Positions 19,203-29,982 of a stretch of 64,000 nt of DNA are shown here, in pieces (the first letter of the stretch is position 1; the number at the start of each line of letters is the position of its first letter). A program made the position numbers and the translations under genes. Origin of the DNA: Deltaproteobacteria bacterium (GTDB lineage: Bacteria; Desulfobacterota; Desulfomonilia; UBA1062); assembly GCA_023230665.1 (NCBI GenBank), contig JALNWY010000001.1:21031-85030 (forward strand), given 5' to 3'. Under the pieces are notes generated by a model. The model was not told the DNA's origin, ran no database searches, and saw only the letters and a list, made by a program, of their open reading frames with translations.

Positions 19203-20570
19203 TTACCCGATTTTGCTGCGAAGAAAGTCCATGGCTTCGCCCCTGGTCCGGACCTCTCCTCTGGCTCGGGCCTCCTCAATGGTTCGCAGCCACTTCCCCA
19301 CCTCCGGCCCGGCACCGCCTCCCAGGACTCCGGCCACGTCGCTGCCGGAGACCAACGGGTTCTTCTTGTGCTCCTGATATGTGGTGCAATAGTACTCCCA
19401 AATCCTGGCCACGGTCTGCCGGGGAAAGGACTCCTGCGTCTGCACCCGGGAGAGGGAGAGCAGGAGGGTCTCGGGGAGCTGCTGAGCGGTATTCTCACAA
19501 AACCGGTGGATATCCAGCACAGAGGGGTTCCGCTGTGCAAGGAACTCCCGGGTGCGCTTCTCCCGGGCCAGAAGCGAGCGGATCGTCCTGGCGGAGCGGG
19601 TGGAAAACCGGAGCGAGGAACAGAGGTCCATTGCCCTGCCCTCCATGGAGCGATCCCGGGCCGATATCTCGCTCTCCCCGCTCTGGAGATGCCCCGATCT
19701 CAGCCCCTCCAGTCCCAGCAGAAACGAGGCGAGCCTGAGCAGGGCACCCCGCTGGACCCTGCTTTCGGTTTCCTCTGTCAGAGAGCTCAAGCATCCGGGC
19801 ATCAGGGCATCGCAGGCATAGATGATGCCGTCCAGCTCCTGACAGGCCGGGATGACCGAGAGAAGCAGGGCGTGCTGGTGATCGCCTCCATGATCTTGCT
19901 CCGGGAAATACGGGGCGAACAGGACAGGGACCAGGGCATTCCAGGTGAGCAGCCGCAAGAAGTCCGCCCCGTGAACAGTGCGAAGCGCCTGGAGAATTTC
20001 CTGCCTGATGCGCTCGCCGGAAACCCCCTTGAGCCTCCTGGCATGCTGTTTGATCATCCGGGAGGTTTCCTCGTGCATGGCGAAATCGAGCGTCACCGAG
20101 AATCTCACGGCCCGCAGGCCCCTCAGCGGGTCGTTCAGCAGGTTTTCTTCTGAAACGATCCTGATCGTCCCGCAGGAGAGGTCGTGAAACCCGCCCAGGG
20201 GATCGATGAACCTGCGATGGGCTATATCATATGCCATGGCATTGATGGTGAGATCCCGGGATCTCAGGTCTTCTTCGATGCTCAGACCCTTGGGCTCGGA
20301 AATGTCGATGCTCGCGCCCGAGGATTTCAGGGCGATCCGGATGACCCCGCGGCGTTCATCCATCCAGAACGGTCTGGCGCCGAGCCGGCCGGCGATCCTC
20401 CCGGCCAGATCCGCAACCGGCGCATAGGTGACGAGATCGAAGTCCAGAGGGACCCTGCCCAGGAGCATGTCCCGGATGCATCCCCCCACGAGGTAGGTCC
20501 CCTGGGGAAAGAGATCTTCGATCTGCTTTAAGATCTCATTGCTTGAGACGGTTCTCGACAGATCGTGCAT
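19203..20570 (-). CDS. tRNA nucleotidyltransferase / poly(A) polymerase family protein (CCA-adding-enzyme-like)
   Basis: N-terminal YLVGGCIRDMLLG...DFDL...RDLTINAMA pol-beta nucleotidyltransferase head domain. Start at ATG 20570, which has a GGAGG Shine-Dalgarno sequence; it overlaps the hisD 3' end by 35 nt. Confidence 0.6.
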   Translation of the reverse strand: MHDLSRTVSSNEILKQIEDLFPQGTYLVGGCIRDMLLGRVPLDFDLVTYAPVADLAGRIAGRLGARPFWMDERRGVIRIALKSSGASIDISEPKGLSIEEDLRSRDLTINAMAYDIAHRRFIDPLGGFHDLSCGTIRIVSEENLLNDPLRGLRAVRFSVTLDFAMHEETSRMIKQHARRLKGVSGERIRQEILQALRTVHGADFLRLLTWNALVPVLFAPYFPEQDHGGDHQHALLLSVIPACQELDGIIYACDALMPGCLSSLTEETESRVQRGALLRLASFLLGLEGLRSGHLQSGESEISARDRSMEGRAMDLCSSLRFSTRSARTIRSLLAREKRTREFLAQRNPSVLDIHRFCENTAQQLPETLLLSLSRVQTQESFPRQTVARIWEYYCTTYQEHKKNPLVSGSDVAGVLGGGAGPEVGKWLRTIEEARARGEVRTRGEAMDFLRSKIG

Positions 20571-21825
20571 GAGCCTCCAGCCCTTCCGCCCGTGCAATCT
20601 GAACGGCCAGCGTGCCGAGCTCCCGGATGGCGCGCTCGGGCGCATAGAGGATCGACGACCTCTTGATAAAATCGTGGACCCCCAGAGGGGAGGAGAACCT
20701 GGCCGTGGAGCCGGTGGGAAGGGTATGATTGGGCCCGGCGATGTAATCCCCTATCGCCTCCGGGGTATGATACCCCAGGAATATGGCGCCCGCATTCCTG
20801 ACCTTACCCAGATGATCGAACGCATTGGCCATCATCAGCTCCAAATGCTCGGGCGCCACCGTATTGGCAACTGCGAACGCCTCGTCAAGATCTTTCGTGA
20901 CCACGCACAGGCTGTGCTCCCCCAGGGACGTCTTCAGCACCTCCCTTCGGGGGAGTGCCTGTGCCAGGTCCTCTGCTTTTTCCATGACGGCGCGGGCCAG
21001 TCCTTCGCAGGGTGTGACCAGGATGGCCGATGCACAGGGATCGTGCTCTGCCTGTGAAAGGAGGTCCATGGCCACGGTCTCGGGATCAGCCCCGTCATCG
21101 GCGATGATAAGGATCTCCGAGGGACCGGCAAAGGCGTCGATCCCCACCCGGCCTTGGACGAGCCTCTTGGCATGAGCCACATAGATGTTGCCCGGACCCA
21201 CGATCTTGTCGACCCGGGGGATGGTGCCGGTGCCGAAGGTCAGTGCGGCCACGGCCTGGGCGCCTCCGATTCGGAAGATTCTCTGCACTCCGGCGATATG
21301 CGCGGCCGCCAGAAGAGCGTCGCTCACCACGCCTCCCGGTGTGGGTGAAACCACCACGATCTCTTCCACGCCCGCGATCCTCGCAGGGATGACATTCATC
21401 AGGAGGGTGGAGGGGAACGCATTTCTCCCTCCAGGCACATACACGCCCACGCTGCTCAGGGCCGTGACCTTCTGACCGAGGATCATGCCGCTGTCATCGG
21501 TGGTGATCCAGGAGCGCTCCATCTGCCGGGCGTGAAAGGACTCGATCCGGGACGCAGCGGTGCTCAGCGCCGAGAAGAGGGCCCTGTCTATCCTGGAGGG
21601 TGCCTGTTCGATCTCCTGGCGCGTGATTGCAAAACCCTCGGCAGCGGGATCGAATTCGTCGAACCTTTGCGTATACTCGGCCAGCGCGGCATCCCCGCGG
21701 CTCTTGATGTCTCGGATGATGGCCCGGACCGATTCGTCCACCTCTTCCGGGGTGCCCGTCAACCTGTCCAGAATGCCTGCGAGGGCCTCACGCCAGCCAG
21801 GCAGGTTCGTCGAGAGCATCTCCAT
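20536..21825 (-). CDS. hisD: Histidinol dehydrogenase
   Basis: Characteristic HisD length and motifs (AGPSE, QAEHD). The ATG at 21825 overlaps the murA stop. Confidence 0.9.
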   Translation of the reverse strand: MEMLSTNLPGWREALAGILDRLTGTPEEVDESVRAIIRDIKSRGDAALAEYTQRFDEFDPAAEGFAITRQEIEQAPSRIDRALFSALSTAASRIESFHARQMERSWITTDDSGMILGQKVTALSSVGVYVPGGRNAFPSTLLMNVIPARIAGVEEIVVVSPTPGGVVSDALLAAAHIAGVQRIFRIGGAQAVAALTFGTGTIPRVDKIVGPGNIYVAHAKRLVQGRVGIDAFAGPSEILIIADDGADPETVAMDLLSQAEHDPCASAILVTPCEGLARAVMEKAEDLAQALPRREVLKTSLGEHSLCVVTKDLDEAFAVANTVAPEHLELMMANAFDHLGKVRNAGAIFLGYHTPEAIGDYIAGPNHTLPTGSTARFSSPLGVHDFIKRSSILYAPERAIRELGTLAVQIARAEGLEAHARSVENRLKQ

Positions 21826-23093
21826 CACAGATCCCCCTTCTCTCTCGTGACTTGGGCCCCGAGCTTTGCCAGCTTCACGTCCAGGCATTCATATCCGCGG
21901 TCCAGATGATAGATCCTCCTGACCTCGGTATATCCCTTGGCATTGAGCGCCGCCAGCACCAGGCTTGCCGAGGCCCTCAGATCAGTGGCCATGACCGTAG
22001 CGCCCTGGAACTGGTCCACCCCCTGCACGATCACGGTGCTCCCCGCTTCCTGAAGCTCGGCGCCCATGCGCACCAGCTCGGGAACGTGCATGAACCGGTT
22101 CTCGAAGATGTTCTCCGTGATGCACGAAACCCCTTTTGCCACGCATGCCAGGGCCATGATCTGGGCCTGCATGTCCGTGGGAAAACCGGGGAAGGGCACG
22201 GTCTCCACGCGGGTCGGCAACAGCTCGCCGGTGCCGTCTACCAGGAGCCCTCCATCAGAGAGATCAGTGATGGAAATACCCATCTCGACCAGCTTCTCGA
22301 TCACGGCCGCCAGGTGGTCTGCGCGGTGATTTCTCAAGACGATCCGGCCTTTCGTGATGGCGCCGGCCACGATCAGGGTGCCGGTTTCTATCCGGTCCGG
22401 GATGATCCGATAATTCGTTCCGGAAAGCGACCTGACCCCCTCGATGGTGATGGTGCTCTCCCCCGCACCTTCGATGCGGGCCCCCATGGCGTTGAGGGCG
22501 TGAGCGAGATCCACCACCTCGGGCTCCTTGGCCGCTCCCCGGATGATCGTGGTGCCTTCCGCAAGCGCAGCCGCCATGAGGATGTTCTCTGTGCCGCCCA
22601 CTGTGGTGTTGTCGAACACAATGGCCGCGCCCTTGAGACGGCCGTTCGTCCTGGCCATGACATATCCGTGAGAGAGATTGATCTCTGCTCCCATCCTGGC
22701 CAGGGCCTTGAGGTGCATGTCTATGGGCCTGACCCCGATGGCGCACCCGCCCGGAAGCGATACCTTTGCCCGGCCGAATTTTGCCAGGAGCGGCCCGAGG
22801 ACCAGAATGGAGGCCCTCATGCTCTTGACAAGGTCGTACGGGGCCTCGCACGAACGGATCCCCGCCGGATCGATCTCGACGGTATCGTCACCGGTTCTCT
22901 GCACCTTCATCCCCAGGGTGGAGAGAACATCGCTCATGGTCTTGATGTCTCGGAGCTTCGGCACGTTGGTATACGTGCAGGGCCCATCCGCCAGGATAGA
23001 AGAGCACATGACGGGCAGCGACGCATTCTTTGATCCCGAGACGCTCACCTCTCCCTGTAAGGGTGTGCCGCCGCAGATGATGAACTTATCCAC
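21825..23093 (-). CDS. murA: UDP-N-acetylglucosamine 1-carboxyvinyltransferase
   Basis: MDKFIICGG...GSKNASLPVM N-terminus; 422 aa; EPSP-synthase fold signatures. Confidence 0.9.
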   Translation of the reverse strand: MDKFIICGGTPLQGEVSVSGSKNASLPVMCSSILADGPCTYTNVPKLRDIKTMSDVLSTLGMKVQRTGDDTVEIDPAGIRSCEAPYDLVKSMRASILVLGPLLAKFGRAKVSLPGGCAIGVRPIDMHLKALARMGAEINLSHGYVMARTNGRLKGAAIVFDNTTVGGTENILMAAALAEGTTIIRGAAKEPEVVDLAHALNAMGARIEGAGESTITIEGVRSLSGTNYRIIPDRIETGTLIVAGAITKGRIVLRNHRADHLAAVIEKLVEMGISITDLSDGGLLVDGTGELLPTRVETVPFPGFPTDMQAQIMALACVAKGVSCITENIFENRFMHVPELVRMGAELQEAGSTVIVQGVDQFQGATVMATDLRASASLVLAALNAKGYTEVRRIYHLDRGYECLDVKLAKLGAQVTREKGDL

Positions 23094-23937
23094 TGATCCT
23101 CTCCACGATCACGGCCCGGTCGATCCCGGACAGGTCCCTGATCCACTGGAGCTGCGCGAGTTTCCTGTTTTTCCGTATCATCCGCTCCACCTCATGCCTC
23201 TGGCCATATCCTGTTTCCAGAATGAGCTTTCCGCCCGGCGCCAGGTGCCTGTGCACCGCAGCCAGAATTTCTCTTATTACATCAAGACCGTCATTGCCAG
23301 CAAAAAGGGCCCCCTTGGGCTCGAAGCGCACGACATCGGCCGGGAGCCTGCCGGAATCTGTCAGAGCGATGTAGGGAGGGTTTGCGACGATGATGGAAAA
23401 CTCCTCGGAAAGGGCGCGAAAATCGGCTCCCTGGAAGAGATGGAGCCTTGGAGATACGCCGTGGATACGCGCGTTTTCCCTGGCGGTTGCCAGGGTTTTT
23501 CTGCTGGTGTCGTTCCCGAATCCGACGAGATCCGGCCTGCCCAGGAGGATGGAGATGATCACCGCACCCGAGCCCACACCCAGCTCAAAGACCGCGCTGT
23601 CCAAAGGCGCCAGATCGACCGCCTTTTCCACGAGGATTTCCGTCTCGCTGCGGGGAATGAGGACATCGGGGTTCACCTGGAAGGTGTGGGAATAGAATTC
23701 CTTGCGCCCGAGAATGTACGCTACGGGCTCGCGCGCAGATCGCCTCTTCAGGAGAACCCGGTAGGCTGCCAGCTCATCGGGCGAAAGGGGCCTGTCCATG
23801 TCGAGGTAGAGCTGGATCCGCTCCTTACCAAGCGCATGGGACAGGAGCACTTCTGCATCCAGCCGGGGAGTATCGATTCCCTTATCCTGAAGATACCCCT
23901 TTGCCCAGGCGAGAACCGACCGGATGGTCCATGTCAC
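23086..23937 (-). CDS. prmC: Release-factor glutamine N5-methyltransferase
   Basis: NPPY motif (IVANPPYIA) and SAM-binding ELGVGSGAV motif. Lies immediately downstream of prfA. Confidence 0.85.
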   Translation of the reverse strand: MTWTIRSVLAWAKGYLQDKGIDTPRLDAEVLLSHALGKERIQLYLDMDRPLSPDELAAYRVLLKRRSAREPVAYILGRKEFYSHTFQVNPDVLIPRSETEILVEKAVDLAPLDSAVFELGVGSGAVIISILLGRPDLVGFGNDTSRKTLATARENARIHGVSPRLHLFQGADFRALSEEFSIIVANPPYIALTDSGRLPADVVRFEPKGALFAGNDGLDVIREILAAVHRHLAPGGKLILETGYGQRHEVERMIRKNRKLAQLQWIRDLSGIDRAVIVERISG

Positions 23938-23941
23938 GCCT

Positions 23942-25009
23942 TTAGCTCCCGGTATGGTTCAGAGCCTCTGCCTGGTAGTGGGCGGTAAGCTCGTCCACGA
24001 GCTCGTCGATGTTTCCCTCGAGGACCTGTGGAAGCTTGTGCAGGGTCAGGTTGATCCGGTGGTCCGTCACCCGGCCCTGGGGAAAGTTATAGGTCCGGAT
24101 CCGCTCGCTCCGGTCGCCGGTACCCACCTGCAGCCTTCTCTGGGATGCGATCTCCTCGGCCTGATCCTCCTGGTACTTCTGAAGGAGCCTGGACCTGAGC
24201 ACCCGCATGGCCTTGGCCTTGTTCTTGTGCTGAGACTTCTCGTCCTGGCAGGAGACCACGATCCCGGTGGGAATGTGGGTGATCCTTACCGCGGACTCGG
24301 TCTTGTTGACATGCTGGCCTCCGGCTCCAGAGGACCGGTAGGTGTCGATGCGCAGGTCCTGCGGATCGACATGGACATCGACCTCCTCGGCCTCGGGCAG
24401 CACCGCGACCGTAACCGCCGAGGTGTGGATCCTGCCGCTTGCCTCGGTGGCGGGTACCCGCTGCACCCGGTGCACCCCGCTCTCGTACTTGAGGCGGGAG
24501 TAAGCGCCGTGGCCGGTGATGGCGGCAATGACTTCTTTGATCCCGCCGATGCCGGTCTCGTTGATGCTCAGGAGTTCGACCCGCCAGTTCCTTTCTTCTG
24601 CATAACGGGTGTACATCCGGAAGAGGTCGGCGGCGAACAGGCCTGCCTCCTCCCCCCCGGTGCCGGCCCTGATCTCCAGGATCACGTCTTTTTCGTCCAG
24701 GGGGTCTTTGGGGATCATGAGGGTCTTCAGGGTGTGTTCGAGCTCGCGCTTCCTTTCTTTTAAAGCGGCGAGTTCCTCGCGCACCAGGGCCTTTATCTCG
24801 GGGTCCGGGTCGTCGAGCATGGACTCGTGCCCGCTGATCTCTTCATTGACTTCCTTGAGGCCCAGGTAGGGGCCCATGAACTCTTCGAGCGAGGCGTGTT
24901 CCCGTGCAAGCGCGGTATACTGGGAATGATTCTGAATGACCGTGGGATCGGCCAGGAGATCGGAGAGCTCGTGGTAGCGAGATTCGATCTCCTTGATTTT
25001 ATCCTGCAT
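23942..25009 (-). CDS. prfA: Peptide chain release factor 1
   Basis: GGQ motif ([23 protein letters not shown]) and the RF1-specific PxT region; 355 aa. Confidence 0.95.
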   Translation of the reverse strand: MQDKIKEIESRYHELSDLLADPTVIQNHSQYTALAREHASLEEFMGPYLGLKEVNEEISGHESMLDDPDPEIKALVREELAALKERKRELEHTLKTLMIPKDPLDEKDVILEIRAGTGGEEAGLFAADLFRMYTRYAEERNWRVELLSINETGIGGIKEVIAAITGHGAYSRLKYESGVHRVQRVPATEASGRIHTSAVTVAVLPEAEEVDVHVDPQDLRIDTYRSSGAGGQHVNKTESAVRITHIPTGIVVSCQDEKSQHKNKAKAMRVLRSRLLQKYQEDQAEEIASQRRLQVGTGDRSERIRTYNFPQGRVTDHRINLTLHKLPQVLEGNIDELVDELTAHYQAEALNHTGS

Positions 25010-25027
25010 ACTGATGGTTCTGTGCTC

Positions 25028-25249
25028 TTACTTCTTCTCCGCCTTGTTGAGGTAGTCTCCGTATTTTCTCCTGAACAGCTCCGCTTTGCCCGCGGTGGCG
25101 GTCAGTCTCTGCTGCCCGGTGTAGAAGGGATGGCAGGCACTGCATATTTCCACCCTGATGTCCTTTTTGGTGGAACGCGTCTTGAAGCTGTTGCCGCATG
25201 CGCAGGTAACCGTTGTTTCGTGATATTCCGGATGGATATCCTTTTTCAT
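25028..25249 (-). CDS. rpmE: 50S ribosomal protein L31
   Basis: [22 protein letters not shown]...[10 protein letters not shown] zinc-ribbon pattern; 73 aa. Confidence 0.9.
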   Translation of the reverse strand: MKKDIHPEYHETTVTCACGNSFKTRSTKKDIRVEICSACHPFYTGQQRLTATAGKAELFRRKYGDYLNKAEKK

Positions 25250-25261
25250 TGTCCGTTACTC

Positions 25262-26509
25262 CTATTTATTCATTGACTCCAGGAAGTCGGCATTATTATC
25301 CGTCTTTGATAATTTGTCCAGCAGAAATTCAATGCTGTCTACGGGGTTTAAGGGGCTCAGAAGCTTCCTCAAGATCCAGATGCGATCGAGCTGCTCCTTG
25401 GGCAGCAGGAGCTCCTCTTTTCGCGTGCCCGACTTGGATATGTCGACCGCTGGGAACACCCGCCGCTCCATGATGGACCGATCGAGATGGATCTCCATAT
25501 TGCCGGTCCCCTTGAATTCTTCATAGATGACCTCGTCCATGCGCGAACCCGTGTCGATCAGGGCCGTTGCAATGATGGTGATGCTCCCGCCCTCTTCGAT
25601 GTTTCGGGCGGCCCCGAAAAACCGTTTCGGCTTCTGCAGGGCATTGGCGTCGATCCCGCCGGAGAGCAGCTTACCCGAAGGAGGGCACACGGTGTTGTGG
25701 GCACGGGCCAGCCTGGTAAGCGAATCCAGGAGGATGACTACATCATTTTTATACTCCACCAGGCGCTTGGCCTTCTCCATCACCATCCGGGCTACCTGAA
25801 CGTGCCGGGAAGCGGGCTCGTCGAAGGTGGACGCCACCACCTCGCCATTGACCGAACGCTGCATGTCGGTCACCTCTTCGGGCCGCTCGTCGATGAGCAG
25901 GACCATGAGAACCACCTCGGGATGGTTGGAGGTAATGCTGTTGGCGATGTTCTGGAGCATCATGGTCTTCCCGGCCTTGGGAGGCGACACGATGATTCCC
26001 CGCTGGCCCTTGCCGATGGGTGAGAGCAGGTCCAGGGTCCGGCCGGTCAGATTGTCGTGCAAGGTCTCCAGGGTGAACTTCTCCATGGGGTACAGCGGGG
26101 TGAGGTTGTCGAAGGGCACCCGGTGTTTGGCCTCGTCGGGGTCTTCGCCGTTTATGGTCTCCAGCTTGAGCAGGGCGAAGTACCGCTCGTTGTCTTTTGG
26201 CGGGCGGATCTGGCCCCGCACCTCATCGCCGTTCTTGAGATTGAACTTGCGGATCTGGGACGGGGATACATATATGTCGTCTGGACCGGGAAGGTAGCTG
26301 TAGTCTGCCGAACGCAGAAAACCGAACCCGTCCGGGAGTATCTCCAGCGTGCCCTGCCCGGAAATATAGACGTCTTTTTCCGACTGGGCCTGGAGGATGG
26401 CAAAGATCAGCTCCTGCCTGGTCATGGTGGCAGAGCCCTCGATATTAAGCGCGTTTGCGGCTTCAAGAAGTTCTTTGGGCTCAACCTTCTTCAAGTCTTC
26501 TAAATGCAT
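25262..26509 (-). CDS. rho: Transcription termination factor Rho
   Basis: N-terminal RNA-binding domain ([39 protein letters not shown]) and a RecA-like ATPase with Walker A motif PPKAGKT. Confidence 0.95.
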   Translation of the reverse strand: MHLEDLKKVEPKELLEAANALNIEGSATMTRQELIFAILQAQSEKDVYISGQGTLEILPDGFGFLRSADYSYLPGPDDIYVSPSQIRKFNLKNGDEVRGQIRPPKDNERYFALLKLETINGEDPDEAKHRVPFDNLTPLYPMEKFTLETLHDNLTGRTLDLLSPIGKGQRGIIVSPPKAGKTMMLQNIANSITSNHPEVVLMVLLIDERPEEVTDMQRSVNGEVVASTFDEPASRHVQVARMVMEKAKRLVEYKNDVVILLDSLTRLARAHNTVCPPSGKLLSGGIDANALQKPKRFFGAARNIEEGGSITIIATALIDTGSRMDEVIYEEFKGTGNMEIHLDRSIMERRVFPAVDISKSGTRKEELLLPKEQLDRIWILRKLLSPLNPVDSIEFLLDKLSKTDNNADFLESMNK

Positions 26510-26616
26510 ATCAGTATCCTTTCGGCTATTTGAAGTGAAGTGCTGTGAAATAGTGAAGAAACACTACAACAGTTTGGTACAGTCTGAACTAAATGAATCG
26601 ATAAATAATGTCAAGG

Positions 26617-26661
26617 AGAAAAAAAGCGGGAAAAAGCTATCCAGTACTGCCTTTCCCCGCT
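26617..26661 (-). terminator. Rho-independent terminator downstream of fadBA; likely bidirectional, flanked by an A-run and a T-run
   Basis: GC stem GCGGG(G)AAA / TTTCCCCGC with a 17-nt loop, followed on the minus strand by a 7-nt U-run. Placed right after the fadB-like stop (TAA, 26683-26685). Confidence 0.5.
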
Positions 26662-26682
26662 TTTTTCGTCATGGGTGAATCC

Positions 26683-28761
26683 TTATTCCTTTTCGAGCAG
26701 GCCCTGGGGATGGAACTTCCTGCCGCAGGCCTTTTCCGAATAGCCCATCTGATCGAGGTACGGAGTGATGCCGCCCATGAAGAACGGCCAGCCGGCGCCC
26801 ATGATCACGCCGGTGTCCACATCCTTCGGGCTTGCCACAACGCCCTCTTTCAGGATGAGATCGATCTCCTGGGCCACCCTCATGAGCACGCGGTCCTTGA
26901 TCTCCTGATCAGTGAAGCTCTTGCTGCCCTGGGGCCAGCCCTGTTTGATCTCGGGGTCCACGTCGATGCCCGTATCCGTGAAGGTGAGCAGCTGCTTCTT
27001 GCCCTTTGTCACCAGGTTCTTCAGGCCTCCGCTCACCGGGAACCGCTCGGGCCACGAGGCATTGAGCGTCTCCTGCACGTGCAGAGCGATTGCCGGACCC
27101 ACGAGACCCGCCAGGGTAAACGGCGACATGGGGAATCCGAGGTCTACCACGGCGTTGTCCACCTGCATGAAATCGGCGCCTTCGTCGATGCACTGGAAGA
27201 TGCCGTCCATCCAGGCCAGCAGGATCCGGTTGACCAGGAAGGCCGGTGCGTTCTTTACGAGAACCGGGGTCTTCTTGATCCGCTTGGCGATGTCAAAGGC
27301 CGTGGCCAGTACCACTTCGCTGGTCTTCTCGGCCTTGATGATCTCCACCAGAGGCAGCACCGCGATGGGGTTGAAGAAATGGAAGCCCACCACGCGGGAC
27401 GGATCCTTGAGGAACTTGGCCATCTCGGAGATGTCGAGCGACGAGGTGTTGGTGAGGAACAGGCACTCGGGCTTGCAGACCTCTTCGAGCTCGCCGAAGA
27501 CCTTCTGCTTGATGCCGATCTCCTCGAACACCGCCTCGATCACGAAGTCGCAGTCTTCGAACCCGTCATAGGTGACCGTGCCGGTGATGAGATCTTCGCC
27601 CATCCACCTGGCATCGGCTGCGCTCATTCTGCCCTTCTTCGCCCGCTTGCCGAGCTGCTCGCGTACATAGGCAAGTCCTTTGTCCACGAACTCCTGCTTG
27701 ATGTCCTTCATGATCACGGGGCACTGGAAGCGCTGCGCAAAGAGCAGGGCCATCTGCGAGGCCATGAGGCCGGCGCCGATGACGCCGATCTTGTTGATGC
27801 CGTAGCCCTTCACCTCTTTCGGAGGTCTTCCGGGCAGCTTCTTTGCCCTTCTCTGGGTGAGGTCGAAGGAATAGACGCTGCTGAGGAACTGGCGGGACTT
27901 GATCATGTCGGCAAGGGTCTGGTTCTCCTGCTCGAAACCCTCGTCCAGAGACCAGTCGGCCGCGCCCTTGATGAGGTCCAGGGCCCGGTAGGGGGCCATG
28001 GCGCCGGAGTGCACCCTGCCAAGAACCGCGAACTTGGTGTTGTTGTAGAGCTCGTCGCTCATCTTCGGGTCGATTTTCTTGCGCTCGATCTTCTCTTCGC
28101 CCGTGATGATGTTCTCCAGGAGCCTGATGGAGTCGTCCACGAACTCGATCGGTGCAATGAGCCGGTCTGCCAGGCCCATCTCGAAGGCCTTCTTGGAGTT
28201 GATCATGGCGTTCATGTTCAGCGGGTTGGTGATGATGAGCTGAATGGCGACTTCAGGACCTGCCAGCTTGGTGACGAGCTGGGTCCCGCCCCATCCGGGC
28301 ACGAGGCCCAGGAAGCACTCGGGCAGGGCATAGTGGTCGCAGCCGCCCGGGCTTTTTGAGATGGTGCGGTAGTCGTGATACAACCCCACTTCCACTCCGC
28401 CGCCCATGGCCGCGCCGTTGATGGCCGCCAGGGTGGGGATTTTCAGGTCCATGATACGCTTGAACGAGCTGTGGCCCATCCTGCCGATCTGCACCGCGTC
28501 GTCGCGGGACATGCCGGGATCCACGCTCATGATGTCCGCGCCCACGTTGAAGATGAAGGGCTTGCCCACCAGGAGCCAGCCTTTCACGTCCGGATCGCTC
28601 TCCACGATGTCCAGGACCTTGTTCAGGGATTCAAAGGCCTCAAAGCCCCAGGTATTGGGGACGTTATAGCTCTGCCCATTGTCCATGGTGACAATGGCGA
28701 TTTTGCCCGCCTTCTTTGATTCGTAGAAATTCAGCTTGCATGTCATGATATATTTGGCCAT
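26683..28761 (-). CDS. fadB: Fatty-acid oxidation complex alpha subunit (enoyl-CoA hydratase / 3-hydroxyacyl-CoA dehydrogenase)
   Basis: 692 aa. N-terminal crotonase fold, central NAD-binding motif GVIGAGLMASQMA, and C-terminal 3HCDH domains. Confidence 0.85.
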   Translation of the reverse strand: MAKYIMTCKLNFYESKKAGKIAIVTMDNGQSYNVPNTWGFEAFESLNKVLDIVESDPDVKGWLLVGKPFIFNVGADIMSVDPGMSRDDAVQIGRMGHSSFKRIMDLKIPTLAAINGAAMGGGVEVGLYHDYRTISKSPGGCDHYALPECFLGLVPGWGGTQLVTKLAGPEVAIQLIITNPLNMNAMINSKKAFEMGLADRLIAPIEFVDDSIRLLENIITGEEKIERKKIDPKMSDELYNNTKFAVLGRVHSGAMAPYRALDLIKGAADWSLDEGFEQENQTLADMIKSRQFLSSVYSFDLTQRRAKKLPGRPPKEVKGYGINKIGVIGAGLMASQMALLFAQRFQCPVIMKDIKQEFVDKGLAYVREQLGKRAKKGRMSAADARWMGEDLITGTVTYDGFEDCDFVIEAVFEEIGIKQKVFGELEEVCKPECLFLTNTSSLDISEMAKFLKDPSRVVGFHFFNPIAVLPLVEIIKAEKTSEVVLATAFDIAKRIKKTPVLVKNAPAFLVNRILLAWMDGIFQCIDEGADFMQVDNAVVDLGFPMSPFTLAGLVGPAIALHVQETLNASWPERFPVSGGLKNLVTKGKKQLLTFTDTGIDVDPEIKQGWPQGSKSFTDQEIKDRVLMRVAQEIDLILKEGVVASPKDVDTGVIMGAGWPFFMGGITPYLDQMGYSEKACGRKFHPQGLLEKE

Positions 28762-28773
28762 GTCATCAACCTC

Positions 28774-29982
28774 CTAAAAGTCTTTGCCTACAACATTTTC
28801 CCACAGGATCGATCCGCCCATGCCCAGGCCCACGCACATGGTGGTGAGGCCGTAGCGCGCCTTGGGGTCCATCTCGAAGTCCTGGGCCAGCTGCATGCTG
28901 AGACGCACGCCCGAGCTCGCCAGGGGATGCCCCACCGCAATGGTGCCTCCGTAGGGGTTGAGCCTGGGATCTTCAGGCAGCTTCATCCCGAAATGCTTCA
29001 TGAAGCCCACCGCCTGCACGGCAAAGGCCTCGTTGAGCTCAATGATGTCGAGGTCGTCAAACTTCATGCCGAAGCGCTTGAGCACTTTCTCGGTCGCCGG
29101 GACCGGACCCCACCCCATGACGGTCGGATCCACGCCCACGAAGGCACCGCCGATGTAGCGCATCTTGGGTTTGATACCGAGCTCTTTGCACTTGGCTCCA
29201 GACATGAGGAGAGACACACAGGCGCCGTCGTTGAGCCCCGAGGAATTGCCCGCCGTGACCCTGCCCGCCTTTTTGAAGGGGGTCTTCAGATTTCTCATGC
29301 CCTCGATGGTCGCACCCCTGCGGGCCTGCTCGTCCTTGTCGGCCACGACCCAGCCGTTGGGGGTGAACACGGCCATGTTCACGCAGTGCTTGTCGTAGTA
29401 TCCCTTGTCCAGGTTCTCGAAATACCTTTCCGTCACCCGGAGGGCATACCGGTCCGCCTCCTCCTTGCTCACGGGCTGCTCGCCCTGCTCAGGCATCCAG
29501 TCATGCAGCTTCTCGGCGGTGACGCCCATGTTGAAGTACTTGGGATCCACCATCTTCTCGGTAACGATCCTGGGGTTGGGGTCTGCCCCGGCGCCCATGG
29601 GGTGATGCGCCATGTGCTCCACACCGCCCGCGATGATGATGTCGGCTGAGTTGGTCTTGATGAACGAAGCGCCTATCGCCTGACAGGTCATCCCGCCCGC
29701 GCACATCCTGTCAACGGAGAAGCCGGCCACCTTGTCGGAAAGGCCTCCGGTGAAAACCGTGGTGCGGCCCATGGTGGTCCCCTGATCACCCACCTGCGTG
29801 GTTGCACCCCAGATGTTGTCGTCCACCTCGTCCCAGGACACTTTGGGGTTTCTCCTGATGAGCTCCCTCATGATCTTGCTCACCATGTCATCGGCGCGAG
29901 TGGTCCAGTAAAACCCATCGGGCCTTGCCTTGCCGAACCAGGTACGTACGCCGTCTACAAAATAGGCATCTCTTAAATCCAT
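28774..29982 (-). CDS. fadA: Acetyl-CoA C-acyltransferase (3-ketoacyl-CoA thiolase)
   Basis: Thiolase motifs (VDRMCAGGMTCQA active-site Cys region; C-terminal NVVGKDF-type end). Start at ATG 29982 with a perfect AGGAGG Shine-Dalgarno sequence. Confidence 0.85.
   Translation of the reverse strand: MDLRDAYFVDGVRTWFGKARPDGFYWTTRADDMVSKIMRELIRRNPKVSWDEVDDNIWGATTQVGDQGTTMGRTTVFTGGLSDKVAGFSVDRMCAGGMTCQAIGASFIKTNSADIIIAGGVEHMAHHPMGAGADPNPRIVTEKMVDPKYFNMGVTAEKLHDWMPEQGEQPVSKEEADRYALRVTERYFENLDKGYYDKHCVNMAVFTPNGWVVADKDEQARRGATIEGMRNLKTPFKKAGRVTAGNSSGLNDGACVSLLMSGAKCKELGIKPKMRYIGGAFVGVDPTVMGWGPVPATEKVLKRFGMKFDDLDIIELNEAFAVQAVGFMKHFGMKLPEDPRLNPYGGTIAVGHPLASSGVRLSMQLAQDFEMDPKARYGLTTMCVGLGMGGSILWENVVGKDF

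Noticed and set aside
21852-23988. 393-aa and 436-aa plus-strand ORFs
   Set aside because: Antisense to murA and prmC, both of which have strong motif support. Rejected as shadow ORFs.
26608-28359. 583-aa plus-strand ORF
   Set aside because: Antisense to the fadB-like gene, and the coding signal is on the other strand. Rejected as a shadow ORF.
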